From an uncultured Mucilaginibacter sp. (lineage in GTDB: Bacteria > Bacteroidota > Bacteroidia > Sphingobacteriales > Sphingobacteriaceae), in NCBI GenBank assembly GCA_964657585.1, contig CAZZVY010000001.1, positions 1-57,886 on the forward strand: 57,886 bases of DNA. The letters run 5' to 3'. A program made the translations under genes and the position numbers. Positions 38,791 to 48,688 of this stretch are shown here, piece by piece (position 1 is the first letter of the stretch; every line of letters starts with the position of its first letter). The notes under the pieces are model-generated. The model had not been told where the DNA came from and searched no databases. It saw nothing but the letters and a program-made list of their open reading frames with translations.

Positions 38791-41700
38791 TTATTCATCC
38801 CAATTAGCTATATCATAGCCGCCTGTTTGGGCATTGTGATATTTGGAAAGTATCTTACTTTTACTAACTTTTGATGCTATTGATTTTAATCGTGTTCTTA
38901 TTTTTTTCTGCTCCTTTGGTTTATCGGCAAGTTTAGCTATTTCCAATTTCATTCTTTTGGCAGCATCAGACTTCATAAAGTCATCATAAAATTTTTGCCT
39001 TTCCTGTACCTGTTTGTTAGATAGTTTTTTAGTTTCTTCGCCTACCTGTATTTTGTTAAATTCACGCTCCGGTTCTTTTATATCCAAATTCTTTCTTAAT
39101 CCCGGTATTCCGCTTTCAATTCCCTGCCAAACACCATGCGGAGTTCTTTTAACCGGATCGCCATTTTCATCCTTATCTTCACGTTGCGCCTCCTGTGTAA
39201 TTACCGATGGCACAATTAACCCACGTAAAAAGTCACCTGCAAACTGGCTTGCGTTATTGGAACTTTCCAACCCGCGTATAACTTGTTTTGGAGTTTCGTA
39301 AAATGGTGTGCTTTCTGCCATGTCTGTCGCTGTCGCTACAACAGTTTCCCCACTTGTAGCACCTTTGATAAAGCTACCGCCATAACTATCGGCAGCACGC
39401 CTTATAGTGGCTCCTAACTGCATAATAGTTAGCAATGGTGTGTGTGTCAGGAAATGGGGAACCTCTACACCGAATAACTTTACATCTCCTGCGTTTATAT
39501 CGCCGTCTTTTCTTTTCCCACCGGGAACACGGAACCCGCCAAATGCTTGCGGATTAAAATAGCCCAACGCCAATAATCCTGCACCCAATGATTGTTTTTT
39601 CATTACACGAAGTACATAATCAGCTTGTCGTGGAGATAGTTTATCTATCCCTCTTGCCATTAAAAATAAAGCCTTAGTTGCACCTAAAACCGGGGTATAT
39701 TGCGTTTTTTCAATAAGAAAGTTTGTTGGTACGCGCACAATAGGGAATAACACTTTAAGCACATCTGCCCCTATCTTGCCTGATTTACCAAACTTATCTT
39801 CTTTAGCGGTTTCAAGAGTCCTGATGATTGATTTATAAGACTTTGTGGCTAAATTATCCGCCATAAATATCTGCCGATTTGCATCTTCCAATGCTTCTTT
39901 TCCGATTTGTAACTGTACAAAAGGACTATCAGTGTCAACCCCGTGTTCCTGCGCGTATTTGGTACGCAAAATAACACTTCGCCTAAACTCATTTTGTTTG
40001 GCAAACTCTTTTTCAGCAGCGTGAATATTACCGGCTAAATCAAGTATTCTGTCAATATCAAAATGTTCTTTTTTATCGCCAAAAGTAGTATCTAAATTAT
40101 CAAGTTTTCCCTGAAACTTCTTCTTAACCTCATCAATAGTATTAGCGTCCCAAACCGTTTTTAACGCTTTCCATTCGGCGTTTAAATTAAAATCGTGTCC
40201 CTCACGCGGTGCTTTTGCGGCTATACGTGAAAGAATTGGTATACGCCTTACTGCTGACCCTGCAAGTTCATGTATGGGCTGGCCTATTATCCTGTACATA
40301 GAAGCCATTCCTACTTTGACCGCTCCGGCAATATTTAACAACAATTCAGCCCTGCGGTATTTTAAAGCTTTATCGAGCACTTTTTCAGTTGTGCTCCTGT
40401 TGGCAAGCCTGTCTTTTTCAAGTTCTGCCTGATAATCATCTTTTATGCGTTGCAGGTTGGCTGTTGCTGTTATTGCTTCGGGGTCAAGTTCAATAGGTGT
40501 TCTTACGTTTTTCGTAAAATCCCTATTCGCTATTCTTCGCTGATATTCTGCTATCTGATTGGCGGTACGGGTTTTTAACGATTTTAAAACAGATGCTCTT
40601 TTGGCTTTATCAATTTCATCTTTATTTATTTCAGCAAGTTGCTTTTTAAGTTCATCGCGCCTTTCCTTTAGCTTTAATGTTTCCGCATCCGGAGTAGCAG
40701 GTGTTCCTTTTTCCGGTTTTTCACCTGTGGCTATTTGTTTACTTAATGCTTCAATTTCATTGGTCAAACGTGTTTTAGTAGCCCTTGCTGTTATGTCGGG
40801 CTGCTCTAAATCCTTTATCTGCTTACGCAATTCTTCAATCTCTTTACTGATTGCAGGTTTTGCTTTTTCAGGTGCTTTATATTGTTTCGCTTCTAAATCT
40901 TCAAGTTTAGATATGAGTTTAGCCTGCTTCCTTAATTCATCTAATTTAGCCTGTATTTCAGACTTTGTTTGCGGCTCGTGTTCTGCTCCGTAGCCACTTA
41001 ATGCGTCGCGTACAGCCCTTTTATCAAGCCCCTCAAAAGCATCTTTTAGGTCGTCATGTATTTTATCAACAAGGTCATCTAATTTATCAATTCCTTCAGC
41101 AATATATGACTTAGCCAATTTTGCCAATTCAGGTGAAATAGCGGCCAGTTCCTTAAATTGCTGTGCAAAAGGAATAGAAGATGTAAGCGTTTGTGTTTTA
41201 CGCTGCGCCTTTAGTTTATTACGTATATCCTGAATAAGATCATCACGCTGACGCTTGCGTTGTTCTGCTGTTTTACTTTTTCGCTCGCGCTTTACCTGTT
41301 TTTTAAGGTCGTCAAGTTTTTCCTGCTCTACCCTCTTGCGTTCTTTTTCTTCAAGTTCCGCTATTTTAGCCTCAAGTTCTTTTTGCTTTTTTTGGTAATC
41401 ATCATGTATTTTGCGAATATCGTCGCGTTCTTCAGGCGTTAAATCACGACCCAACGCAGACCGCTTACGCAACTCCATTCGCGCCAATGAAAAATCGTTT
41501 TTTGCAGCTAATTGACGCGATTGCAGTGAACGACCTGACATGGTTCCGCTTTTACGGTCTATATCGTCAAGTTCCTGTAGTTTGGCTTGTTGCTCATCAA
41601 TTTTAGGGTCAATCTGGTCTGTTGGCTCACCGTCAACAATACGCTGGTGCAGCTTGTCAATCTCATTTTCAATAATTAAACGTTTATGTAATAAAATTGC

Positions 41701-44082
41701 ATTTTCTACATCATTAGGCGCAAAAGGCTTTTGGTTGAATCTGGTTATAATTTTATCGGCAGCATCAGGGTCTTTATCAATTTCTGACATTGCCTCATCC
41801 CATGTTTCCTTGTTGGATTTACTTTGTTCGCTAAATAACGGTGGCAATCCGCGTTTTTCACGCGATTTATCAACCGCATCATTATTACGCGATGTTATGC
41901 CAAATTCGTTAGAATTAGAGGGTGAAGTTTCATCCACACCCTCTTTTAAATTCACATTGCTTTCTTTGGCGGCCAGCCCTTCTTCTTCCCGGTTGACGCT
42001 TTCTTCTTTTTGTCCGCTTTCGGCTTCTTTACCTTCACTGGTGCTGTTACTGTTTTCATTGTCTGTTGGATTAGTGTTTATGTTATTTTTAATTGTTTCA
42101 TCATTATTTTCAGCAAGTGTGCCCGTTTGTCCTGCTTCATCTGCCTGTTGTTCAGCAGGTACTTCCTGATTTGATTGGGTTTGTTCATTATTGGGTTTTT
42201 CTACTTTTTCAAGTTCGTAACGACTTTTGGTTATTTTAACAGGTTTTTCACCGGGAATATTCTTTGTATAAACATCCTTTTCGGGGTCATAGGAATAAGT
42301 TATTTTATCCTTGCTGCCACGCACTATATTTTGAAGTTTATCATTTGCCTGATCAATTTTGTCAGTAAGCAACTGTTCCTGTGGTGATAAGATAGTATTT
42401 ACCGCGGGGTCTTGCGATTCCCTGTCTGCTTTTACCTTATCAAGTTGTGTTTGCAGTTCATTCCTGTTTTGAACTATATCAACAGCTTTGGCTACCTGAC
42501 TATGATGAATACCACGTGGTAACGACTTCGCTATTTTGCCTATTTCATCAATATGCTGTAATGAAGCGTCTAACTGTGGCTGTGTAAAATCCTGCGGGTT
42601 TCGCTGCGCGTGTTCTGTAAAATCCTTTTTTACCTGTTCGATGTTCTTATCGGAAGGATCGCGCATTAAACCTTCTACCGCTGTATTTTTATAATGGCTA
42701 TAAGGCGTAAGTTTTGAGGCATCCCCAATACTTCCTAATGCACCGAATAAAGGCGCCGCTTTTAAGGTTTCGCTTTCCTGGTCAGCCAAATTTCCTAAGT
42801 TTTCATTAAACACAGGTTTATCACTGACTGCATCTACTCCTTTTTTCAAGGCAAAGTTGGCAATATTTAATCCTGATAAGTCAACTACCGCTTTACGTGT
42901 ATTTTTAAGGTAATTAACACCTGCTTGTGCCGCTTTATCGCCCCATTCCTTAGCGCCGTTTTGTAATAATTCTGAAAATGCTTTTGGGGTTAAATCTTTA
43001 CCTGCTGCGTCTTTTATAGCATTTGCTGTAATAGAGGTAACCACATCGTCTTTTAATGTGCCTGATAGCGAATTGTATAACCCATGACCCAAATCACCCA
43101 TCAGTAACCCATTTACCGCACCTGAACCTAATATAAAAGCATTTTTGACAATAGGATTAACGTCTTTTACCTTATCCATTATCTCTTTACCTTGCCCAAG
43201 CCCTTGCAGATAAAAAGTAGCACCGCCAGTGCTTTCGCCAGCAACAGCAGATGGCAGAAATTCAGCTAATCCGCCTAAATTTGACATTACCTTGCTATCC
43301 TCAGCCCTTGATTGGTCGCCCTTAGATAAAAAGTCAGTGGCTTTATCGGCTTTATCAAAAGCCTTGTCGATATTAGGGTCATCACCGCTTATTTCGCCGT
43401 GCTGCGCGTTTACACCTAATGTAGCAAGATATGAAGCACCTTTGGCGACCTGTAAGGCTCCCTTACTTGCTTTTGATCCGAGATATTTAATACCATTCAC
43501 AAGTTTGCCAGTTGGCGTTTGTGAGAAGTTATAATCGTTGGTTTCCTGCTGTGTAGGTGCGCTTAACCTATCGTTTGAGTGCGCTGCTGCCGATAAATCA
43601 GATGCTTTATATAAGTCTTGTTTATCCTGTGGAGATAGCTTATCTAAATACGGCTGCAATTGCTTGTTTAAGGCATCCTGGCGCATTTGTTTTTGCTGCC
43701 TTACTTGTTTATCCTGTTCTTGAATGTTTGCAGCCAGTGGGCTATTAGGCTGTACAAAAGATGGTATATTGCTATTTTGGGAACTTTGGGAATTGTCCAA
43801 ACCATTTGATGATAAGTCGAATGTATTGTTTGAAACGGGTGCTGAAACTTTTTTTTTTAATCCCAACGCGGTTGAGAACTGATTAAAGTCTTGTGGTAAT
43901 CCTTTTACGCTTTCATTGCCCAATAAAGCATCGTGAAATGTTTTTGCCTTTGCAGGGTCTTGCATAGCTGCTTTAAACTTATCATAACTATCAGGCAAGC
44001 CCTTTATATTTTCATTGGTACGCAACGAATTATAAAAAGCTTGTAATTTATCAGGCGGTTGCTGTGTTTCGGCTTCTTCCAT
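38791..44082 (-). CDS. Large internal virion/DNA ejection protein (1763 aa)
   Basis: Helical and coiled-coil, with Gly/Ala hydrophobic patches; third gene of a small-medium-large trio after the tail genes. Confidence 0.65.
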   Translation of the reverse strand: MEEAETQQPPDKLQAFYNSLRTNENIKGLPDSYDKFKAAMQDPAKAKTFHDALLGNESVKGLPQDFNQFSTALGLKKKVSAPVSNNTFDLSSNGLDNSQSSQNSNIPSFVQPNSPLAANIQEQDKQVRQQKQMRQDALNKQLQPYLDKLSPQDKQDLYKASDLSAAAHSNDRLSAPTQQETNDYNFSQTPTGKLVNGIKYLGSKASKGALQVAKGASYLATLGVNAQHGEISGDDPNIDKAFDKADKATDFLSKGDQSRAEDSKVMSNLGGLAEFLPSAVAGESTGGATFYLQGLGQGKEIMDKVKDVNPIVKNAFILGSGAVNGLLMGDLGHGLYNSLSGTLKDDVVTSITANAIKDAAGKDLTPKAFSELLQNGAKEWGDKAAQAGVNYLKNTRKAVVDLSGLNIANFALKKGVDAVSDKPVFNENLGNLADQESETLKAAPLFGALGSIGDASKLTPYSHYKNTAVEGLMRDPSDKNIEQVKKDFTEHAQRNPQDFTQPQLDASLQHIDEIGKIAKSLPRGIHHSQVAKAVDIVQNRNELQTQLDKVKADRESQDPAVNTILSPQEQLLTDKIDQANDKLQNIVRGSKDKITYSYDPEKDVYTKNIPGEKPVKITKSRYELEKVEKPNNEQTQSNQEVPAEQQADEAGQTGTLAENNDETIKNNINTNPTDNENSNSTSEGKEAESGQKEESVNREEEGLAAKESNVNLKEGVDETSPSNSNEFGITSRNNDAVDKSREKRGLPPLFSEQSKSNKETWDEAMSEIDKDPDAADKIITRFNQKPFAPNDVENAILLHKRLIIENEIDKLHQRIVDGEPTDQIDPKIDEQQAKLQELDDIDRKSGTMSGRSLQSRQLAAKNDFSLARMELRKRSALGRDLTPEERDDIRKIHDDYQKKQKELEAKIAELEEKERKRVEQEKLDDLKKQVKRERKSKTAEQRKRQRDDLIQDIRNKLKAQRKTQTLTSSIPFAQQFKELAAISPELAKLAKSYIAEGIDKLDDLVDKIHDDLKDAFEGLDKRAVRDALSGYGAEHEPQTKSEIQAKLDELRKQAKLISKLEDLEAKQYKAPEKAKPAISKEIEELRKQIKDLEQPDITARATKTRLTNEIEALSKQIATGEKPEKGTPATPDAETLKLKERRDELKKQLAEINKDEIDKAKRASVLKSLKTRTANQIAEYQRRIANRDFTKNVRTPIELDPEAITATANLQRIKDDYQAELEKDRLANRSTTEKVLDKALKYRRAELLLNIAGAVKVGMASMYRIIGQPIHELAGSAVRRIPILSRIAAKAPREGHDFNLNAEWKALKTVWDANTIDEVKKKFQGKLDNLDTTFGDKKEHFDIDRILDLAGNIHAAEKEFAKQNEFRRSVILRTKYAQEHGVDTDSPFVQLQIGKEALEDANRQIFMADNLATKSYKSIIRTLETAKEDKFGKSGKIGADVLKVLFPIVRVPTNFLIEKTQYTPVLGATKALFLMARGIDKLSPRQADYVLRVMKKQSLGAGLLALGYFNPQAFGGFRVPGGKRKDGDINAGDVKLFGVEVPHFLTHTPLLTIMQLGATIRRAADSYGGSFIKGATSGETVVATATDMAESTPFYETPKQVIRGLESSNNASQFAGDFLRGLIVPSVITQEAQREDKDENGDPVKRTPHGVWQGIESGIPGLRKNLDIKEPEREFNKIQVGEETKKLSNKQVQERQKFYDDFMKSDAAKRMKLEIAKLADKPKEQKKIRTRLKSIASKVSKSKILSKYHNAQTGGYDIANWDE

Positions 44083-44159
44083 TACTCAAATGTAACAAAA
44101 AAAGCCGCATGTTTCAAAACATGACAGCTTCTCCTTTTAAATTAAAAATGTTTAATAAA

Positions 44160-44882
44160 TTATTTTTTCTGAATATTAGCTACCTTATTCCAGTAATCCC
44201 ATCCTTCGGGTGATGTTTTCCAATCGAACGCAATATCAAGGGCTTCATAACCGCTTTTAACAACAGAATCTAATTTGTATTTAGGGGTATTATTAAACGC
44301 TTTCATGCGTTCCTCTTGGTTCAAGCAAGTTTCAAATACATGGCGAATTGTTAGTTGCCCTCCATCTGTTTTTTTATCATAAGATTCATCATTATAATAA
44401 GGTTGATTATCTAACCATTCAAAAAATTCATGAATTTTAGACCAGCTCACATAATTATTCGGCACAGGCATTATATTGGACGGATCGCAGTGTAATGAAT
44501 ATTTACGGCATTCAACTTGGTCATCTTCGGATACAATACGCCCAACAATAGCCGTTTCAAATCTATGAAAAATATTTTCTTCAGGTATTGCAGCAATGGT
44601 GGTTAGTAAGTGCGTGCCATCATTAATTAACAACCGTTGATTAACCTCAAATAAATAGTTTTCTACAATATTGCGTGGCGTGTGAAGTAAATCGGCAACT
44701 AATTTGTCACGAGGATCAATATCGTGCGCTTCAGTGCATTTTTCACCTTCTCGTAAGTCAAGAGGTAAAATAATTTTAATACATGGTTTTAATTCGTGAT
44801 TACGGTCGTAATCGATTTTAATTGTACTTTTCATTATATTTTTTTTGTTACTGCTGGCGACATTGCTCGAACAGTTAAACAA
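44160..44882 (-). CDS. Moron: hypothetical protein (start probably at 44834)
   Basis: Own TATATTTG box (about 44880-44887) and terminator (about 44097-44130); composition unlike the structural genes. Confidence 0.6.
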   Translation of the reverse strand: MFNCSSNVASSNKKNIMKSTIKIDYDRNHELKPCIKIILPLDLREGEKCTEAHDIDPRDKLVADLLHTPRNIVENYLFEVNQRLLINDGTHLLTTIAAIPEENIFHRFETAIVGRIVSEDDQVECRKYSLHCDPSNIMPVPNNYVSWSKIHEFFEWLDNQPYYNDESYDKKTDGGQLTIRHVFETCLNQEERMKAFNNTPKYKLDSVVKSGYEALDIAFDWKTSPEGWDYWNKVANIQKK

Positions 44883-44924
44883 ATATAAAATACTTTTTTT
44901 GATATTTAGCTACTAAAAATAATT

Positions 44925-46349
44925 TTAGTTAAATATACTTGAAACATCGGTTACTTTTTTATTTGGCTTTATATGACCACTGGTGCCATAAACAGGTGTG
45001 TTATTCAACCCCTGCAATGCTCCTTTAACATCTTTTTGATTAGCAACATTCTTAGGCATCGTATTATAGTCCACTAAATGATCGGTTGATTCACGTGTAT
45101 TAGGATCAAGCTGCCGTACATGAACCATTCTTTTATATTGTACCAAATTAGGATTTTTTGCAGCAAAATCCGGTTGTACCAATGTGCCGTTTGCTTCATT
45201 ATTTGGATTATTTAATGTTGGGAAATCTCCTGCACCGACAATTGAATATTGGTCGGATGAATTTAAAGGTGCTTCCGGCTTACCTGTTTCCATGTTTATA
45301 CCTGCTGCTCCAGCGAAATTTTTATTTGGTAATGATAAAGGTACATAATTAGGCGCATGTACAACCCCTTTACCACCTGCGAATGGGATATTCATAGGTT
45401 GTGGCTGACCCCCACCGGGAAGTCCGGTAGGATTAGCAAGCCTGTAATCATAATGAGCATAGAAGTTATCAGGTGCTCTATTTGCCTTAAATTCAGGTTT
45501 TGTGCTTTCGTTTACCGTACTCGTTAATGCGCCTGTTTTTGGGTCTTTAACCAAATCACCCCTGTCCAATAAACTTTGCTGCACCCTTAAAGCCTTTGTT
45601 TCCTGCGGTGTTGAGCCGTTTATATTTTCGTATCGTTTGTTTAAAGCGGCTTTTGCATCATCAGACATATCGTAATAATGCATATGTGCCGACATAAGGT
45701 CTTCCGGCGCAACTTCGCGTTCATTATGCACAACTACCCCTGTTTTATTACCCTGTTTATCTATGCCTTGCGATTGTATAGGGTTGCCCCATTGTGCGTT
45801 TTTAAGCAACTCCTTATTTATCTTATCCTGCGAATCATCAATTTTTTCCTGATTTATATATCTGCCGAAATTCTGATATTGATTACCGGGTACAAAGTCA
45901 CCGCTTGACATTGGCGACTGCATAGACTTTATAAATTTAGCGTGTGCGTCATCATCAAACAGGTGTTGGTTGCCAATCCATTGCTGGGCTAATCCATGCT
46001 CGTTAGCCGCTTCTTTTTTACTTTCGCCTATAAAGTCACCTAAATCATTGTACTTTGATTGTGCGTCAGCTAATGCGTTTAAACGCTGCTGTGAGTTTTG
46101 AGGCAGGTTATAGGCGTTTATGGCTGTTTGTTTCCAGTCATTGTATTTTTTCTGATAATCTTCTTTGTCCGCATCACGGATAGCGTCAGGTTTTAGTTGA
46201 GACGCTTGATTTATCAGAGCCTGATCCTGCGCCTGTTTCTGGGCTTTTTGCTGTGCAATAATATTCCCAAACTGCTGTATAGCAGTATTGGGGTTGAATA
46301 CAGTCGCATCCCCTAAACCTATTGAGGTATCAAGTTTTCCGTTACCCAT
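44925..46349 (-). CDS. Internal virion/ejection protein
   Basis: Gln/Ala-rich helical N-terminus; position in the operon. Confidence 0.55.
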   Translation of the reverse strand: MGNGKLDTSIGLGDATVFNPNTAIQQFGNIIAQQKAQKQAQDQALINQASQLKPDAIRDADKEDYQKKYNDWKQTAINAYNLPQNSQQRLNALADAQSKYNDLGDFIGESKKEAANEHGLAQQWIGNQHLFDDDAHAKFIKSMQSPMSSGDFVPGNQYQNFGRYINQEKIDDSQDKINKELLKNAQWGNPIQSQGIDKQGNKTGVVVHNEREVAPEDLMSAHMHYYDMSDDAKAALNKRYENINGSTPQETKALRVQQSLLDRGDLVKDPKTGALTSTVNESTKPEFKANRAPDNFYAHYDYRLANPTGLPGGGQPQPMNIPFAGGKGVVHAPNYVPLSLPNKNFAGAAGINMETGKPEAPLNSSDQYSIVGAGDFPTLNNPNNEANGTLVQPDFAAKNPNLVQYKRMVHVRQLDPNTRESTDHLVDYNTMPKNVANQKDVKGALQGLNNTPVYGTSGHIKPNKKVTDVSSIFN

Positions 46350-47115
46350 TATCAGGAAAATAAGGATTGATATACTTTGGCGGTGTTACTTGTCCCCACT
46401 GTGCGCCAAAGTTAAATTGATTGGGGTTAAATTGGCTTTCAGATGCTCCCGATCCCATCCCAAGTGTACTCCAATACTTTTGTGGCACCTGCATTTGCTG
46501 TGCTGTACCGGCAGGTAAACTCATAGTTCCCGGTTTTGGCTGTCCCCAACCAAGCAGTCCCGCATTCTTAGCCATATAAGCGTCGCCTCCTAATTGGGCA
46601 ATACCATTTACGCCGTTCTGAATGTTTTGGTTAGCTGCTCCCTGTAGGGCTGCTGCCTGATTAAAGTTCTCCGTATATTTGTCAAATTTATTGTATTGCT
46701 GCGCAGCTAAGTTTTGTTGCCCCAATTGTGAATTTTCATTAAGGAACAACCTTTGGTTACCCTGTCTTGCAGATGCATCCTGTGCATTTAAGTTTCCGGT
46801 TGCTGTATTCCCTGCACGAACAACACTTGCAAGGTTTGCACCGGGGTTATTGCTATTTGACAAGGCCGCTACGGCACCTGCCTGATTTTGATTGATAGCG
46901 TTTACCTGATTATTATATTGCTGCTGTGGCAAGCCTATTTGAGCCATTTGGCGTGCCATCTCAACATTTTGTTTATACTCGTCAGGAATGGTATAATCAG
47001 GACGTGGATTACCTTTTTTAATAGCATTGGCTTCGTTATCCTGCTTTATGCCTTTATATACCCCATATCCAGCACTTGCAACACCAACGCCAGCTGCGAC
47101 AACCGCGAAACTCAT
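46342..47115 (-). CDS. Pilot/ejection protein
   Basis: Gly/Ala-rich hydrophobic N-terminus and Q/N/A-rich body. Confidence 0.6.
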   Translation of the reverse strand: MSFAVVAAGVGVASAGYGVYKGIKQDNEANAIKKGNPRPDYTIPDEYKQNVEMARQMAQIGLPQQQYNNQVNAINQNQAGAVAALSNSNNPGANLASVVRAGNTATGNLNAQDASARQGNQRLFLNENSQLGQQNLAAQQYNKFDKYTENFNQAAALQGAANQNIQNGVNGIAQLGGDAYMAKNAGLLGWGQPKPGTMSLPAGTAQQMQVPQKYWSTLGMGSGASESQFNPNQFNFGAQWGQVTPPKYINPYFPDNG

Positions 47116-47243
47116 ACATTAACCTCTCTTTCTTATTAAATATATAATTTTTAACATAGTTGATATTGCAAAACAGGGAAATGAAATAATATACAAAAAA
47201 CAAAACGCTTTTGCAGTTGAAATCAACGTATCTGAAATCCTAT

Positions 47244-47735
47244 CTAACATACTCTTTCTTCAATTAAGTCTTTTTCTATACGTTTTAACAGTTCATCTTT
47301 ACGCACTTCATCCCAATCATTTTCTTCGCCGGTAATATAAGGTAAAAAATGTGTAGTTACCCAAGTCGTGTCTTCTATAAGTTGAAGGATGCGCCTTGTT
47401 CCGGGTATAGTTATACCTGAATCACCTGAATTGAGTATTCCTAAAAAATTATCGGCTTTATTGAATACGGCAACACTTCCCTTTAAAATATGGAAAGGGT
47501 GTTTTGTTTTATGAATCTTGCTGATAACCACCGTATTTACCTGTTCGCCATTTGAATTGATCGTTAAAGCTGGCATAAATATTTTACGTGAATAAAGGTT
47601 GGGCGTGAACATATGGATTAGCGGGCATTCCACTTGTTCCATTTTTGACAACTCAACCTGTAAGTCATCAAGCCTTTCGTCGATATTCCTTTGCGGTAAA
47701 GTATGTTTTTCAGCAATTAAATCCATTAGGTTCAA
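47244..47735 (-). CDS. Cupin-like protein of podovirus tail/ejection regions
   Basis: HMFTPNLYSRKIFMPA...SKIHKTKH...PGTRR...W.TTH. Confidence 0.6.
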   Translation of the reverse strand: MNLMDLIAEKHTLPQRNIDERLDDLQVELSKMEQVECPLIHMFTPNLYSRKIFMPALTINSNGEQVNTVVISKIHKTKHPFHILKGSVAVFNKADNFLGILNSGDSGITIPGTRRILQLIEDTTWVTTHFLPYITGEENDWDEVRKDELLKRIEKDLIEERVC

Positions 47736-47746
47736 ATATATGCAAA

Positions 47747-48688
47747 TTATCTTGACCCAATTAATGAGTGTCGCGAAACAATATTTATACTATACAACCT
47801 TAGTGGCTGATTTGATGCAATAGTTTGCAGGGTTATAACCAAATAATTACCTCTTAGCACATCGCCGTTTTCAATATCACCTGTGTTTAAGTCACGCAGA
47901 AAATTAGCAGATAACACACCCTCTATTGTTTCTACCTCTACTGAACTATTGCTGTCACTAAGGAAATCCTTTATAAAATCTATTTCAGCCAATGCGCTTA
48001 CTTGCCCTAAAGATGTAGAAATACCGTTATTTCCGGTAACCATTAACTGGTTGCTTTGGATTGATAATGATTGAAAAGTTTTTACAATAGCAGGTGAAGC
48101 ATTCATCACGTATTGTATGATGCTTGGGAAAACAGTTCCATAAAACGTATTCCTGTCGTTACCACCATTTTCATGCAACCAAAACCTGCCCTGATATGCG
48201 GTTATCATATCTTCATATAGCGACCATCCATAATCAGGGTAAAAAGTCCTGTTATCGACCCAAACCTTATCTTTTGCATTGTAGGCCAGTGTCTGCCCTA
48301 CAGGCATTGTTATATCTTGTATGTAAACCGCAGTTATTTGACAATTTGCATTAGAATATACGTTTAATGACCCGTTACTTGTGGGGCTTAGTGTTTCGAC
48401 ATACAATCCAGGTGCTGTTTGCTGTGCCCCGTTACTTCCCGGCGATTGAAGTTGAACATAGCCGCCTGAAATAGATAAAACAGCCCATGATATACTATAA
48501 ATATGCCCCGATAGTAACGCATAAATTAAAAGCGTTTCACTGCCGCTATTACAAGACGAATGCTGTGCATTGACACCGTCATTTACCCAACTTGTATCAT
48601 TTGCAGCCGTTATTAAATTTACCGTTATTGGTACGTTTTCAACCTGTGAGTAACTCATATTATTACATAGTGAAAGGGTAAATATCAA
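47747..48688 (-). CDS. Probable C-terminal part of the tail stabilization/nozzle protein (start probably at 48658)
   Basis: TLAYN...W...FYP, NTFYG, KTFQSL, GDVLRGNY motifs. Confidence 0.5.
   Translation of the reverse strand: MIFTLSLCNNMSYSQVENVPITVNLITAANDTSWVNDGVNAQHSSCNSGSETLLIYALLSGHIYSISWAVLSISGGYVQLQSPGSNGAQQTAPGLYVETLSPTSNGSLNVYSNANCQITAVYIQDITMPVGQTLAYNAKDKVWVDNRTFYPDYGWSLYEDMITAYQGRFWLHENGGNDRNTFYGTVFPSIIQYVMNASPAIVKTFQSLSIQSNQLMVTGNNGISTSLGQVSALAEIDFIKDFLSDSNSSVEVETIEGVLSANFLRDLNTGDIENGDVLRGNYLVITLQTIASNQPLRLYSINIVSRHSLIGSR

Noticed and set aside
40040-40080. HFDID in the 1763-aa protein as a crAss-type RNA polymerase DFDID motif
   Set aside because: The first Asp is missing and the context is helical
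39014-46885. Plus-strand ORFs such as 40559..40993 and 41540..42169
   Set aside because: They are antisense shadows of long minus-strand genes
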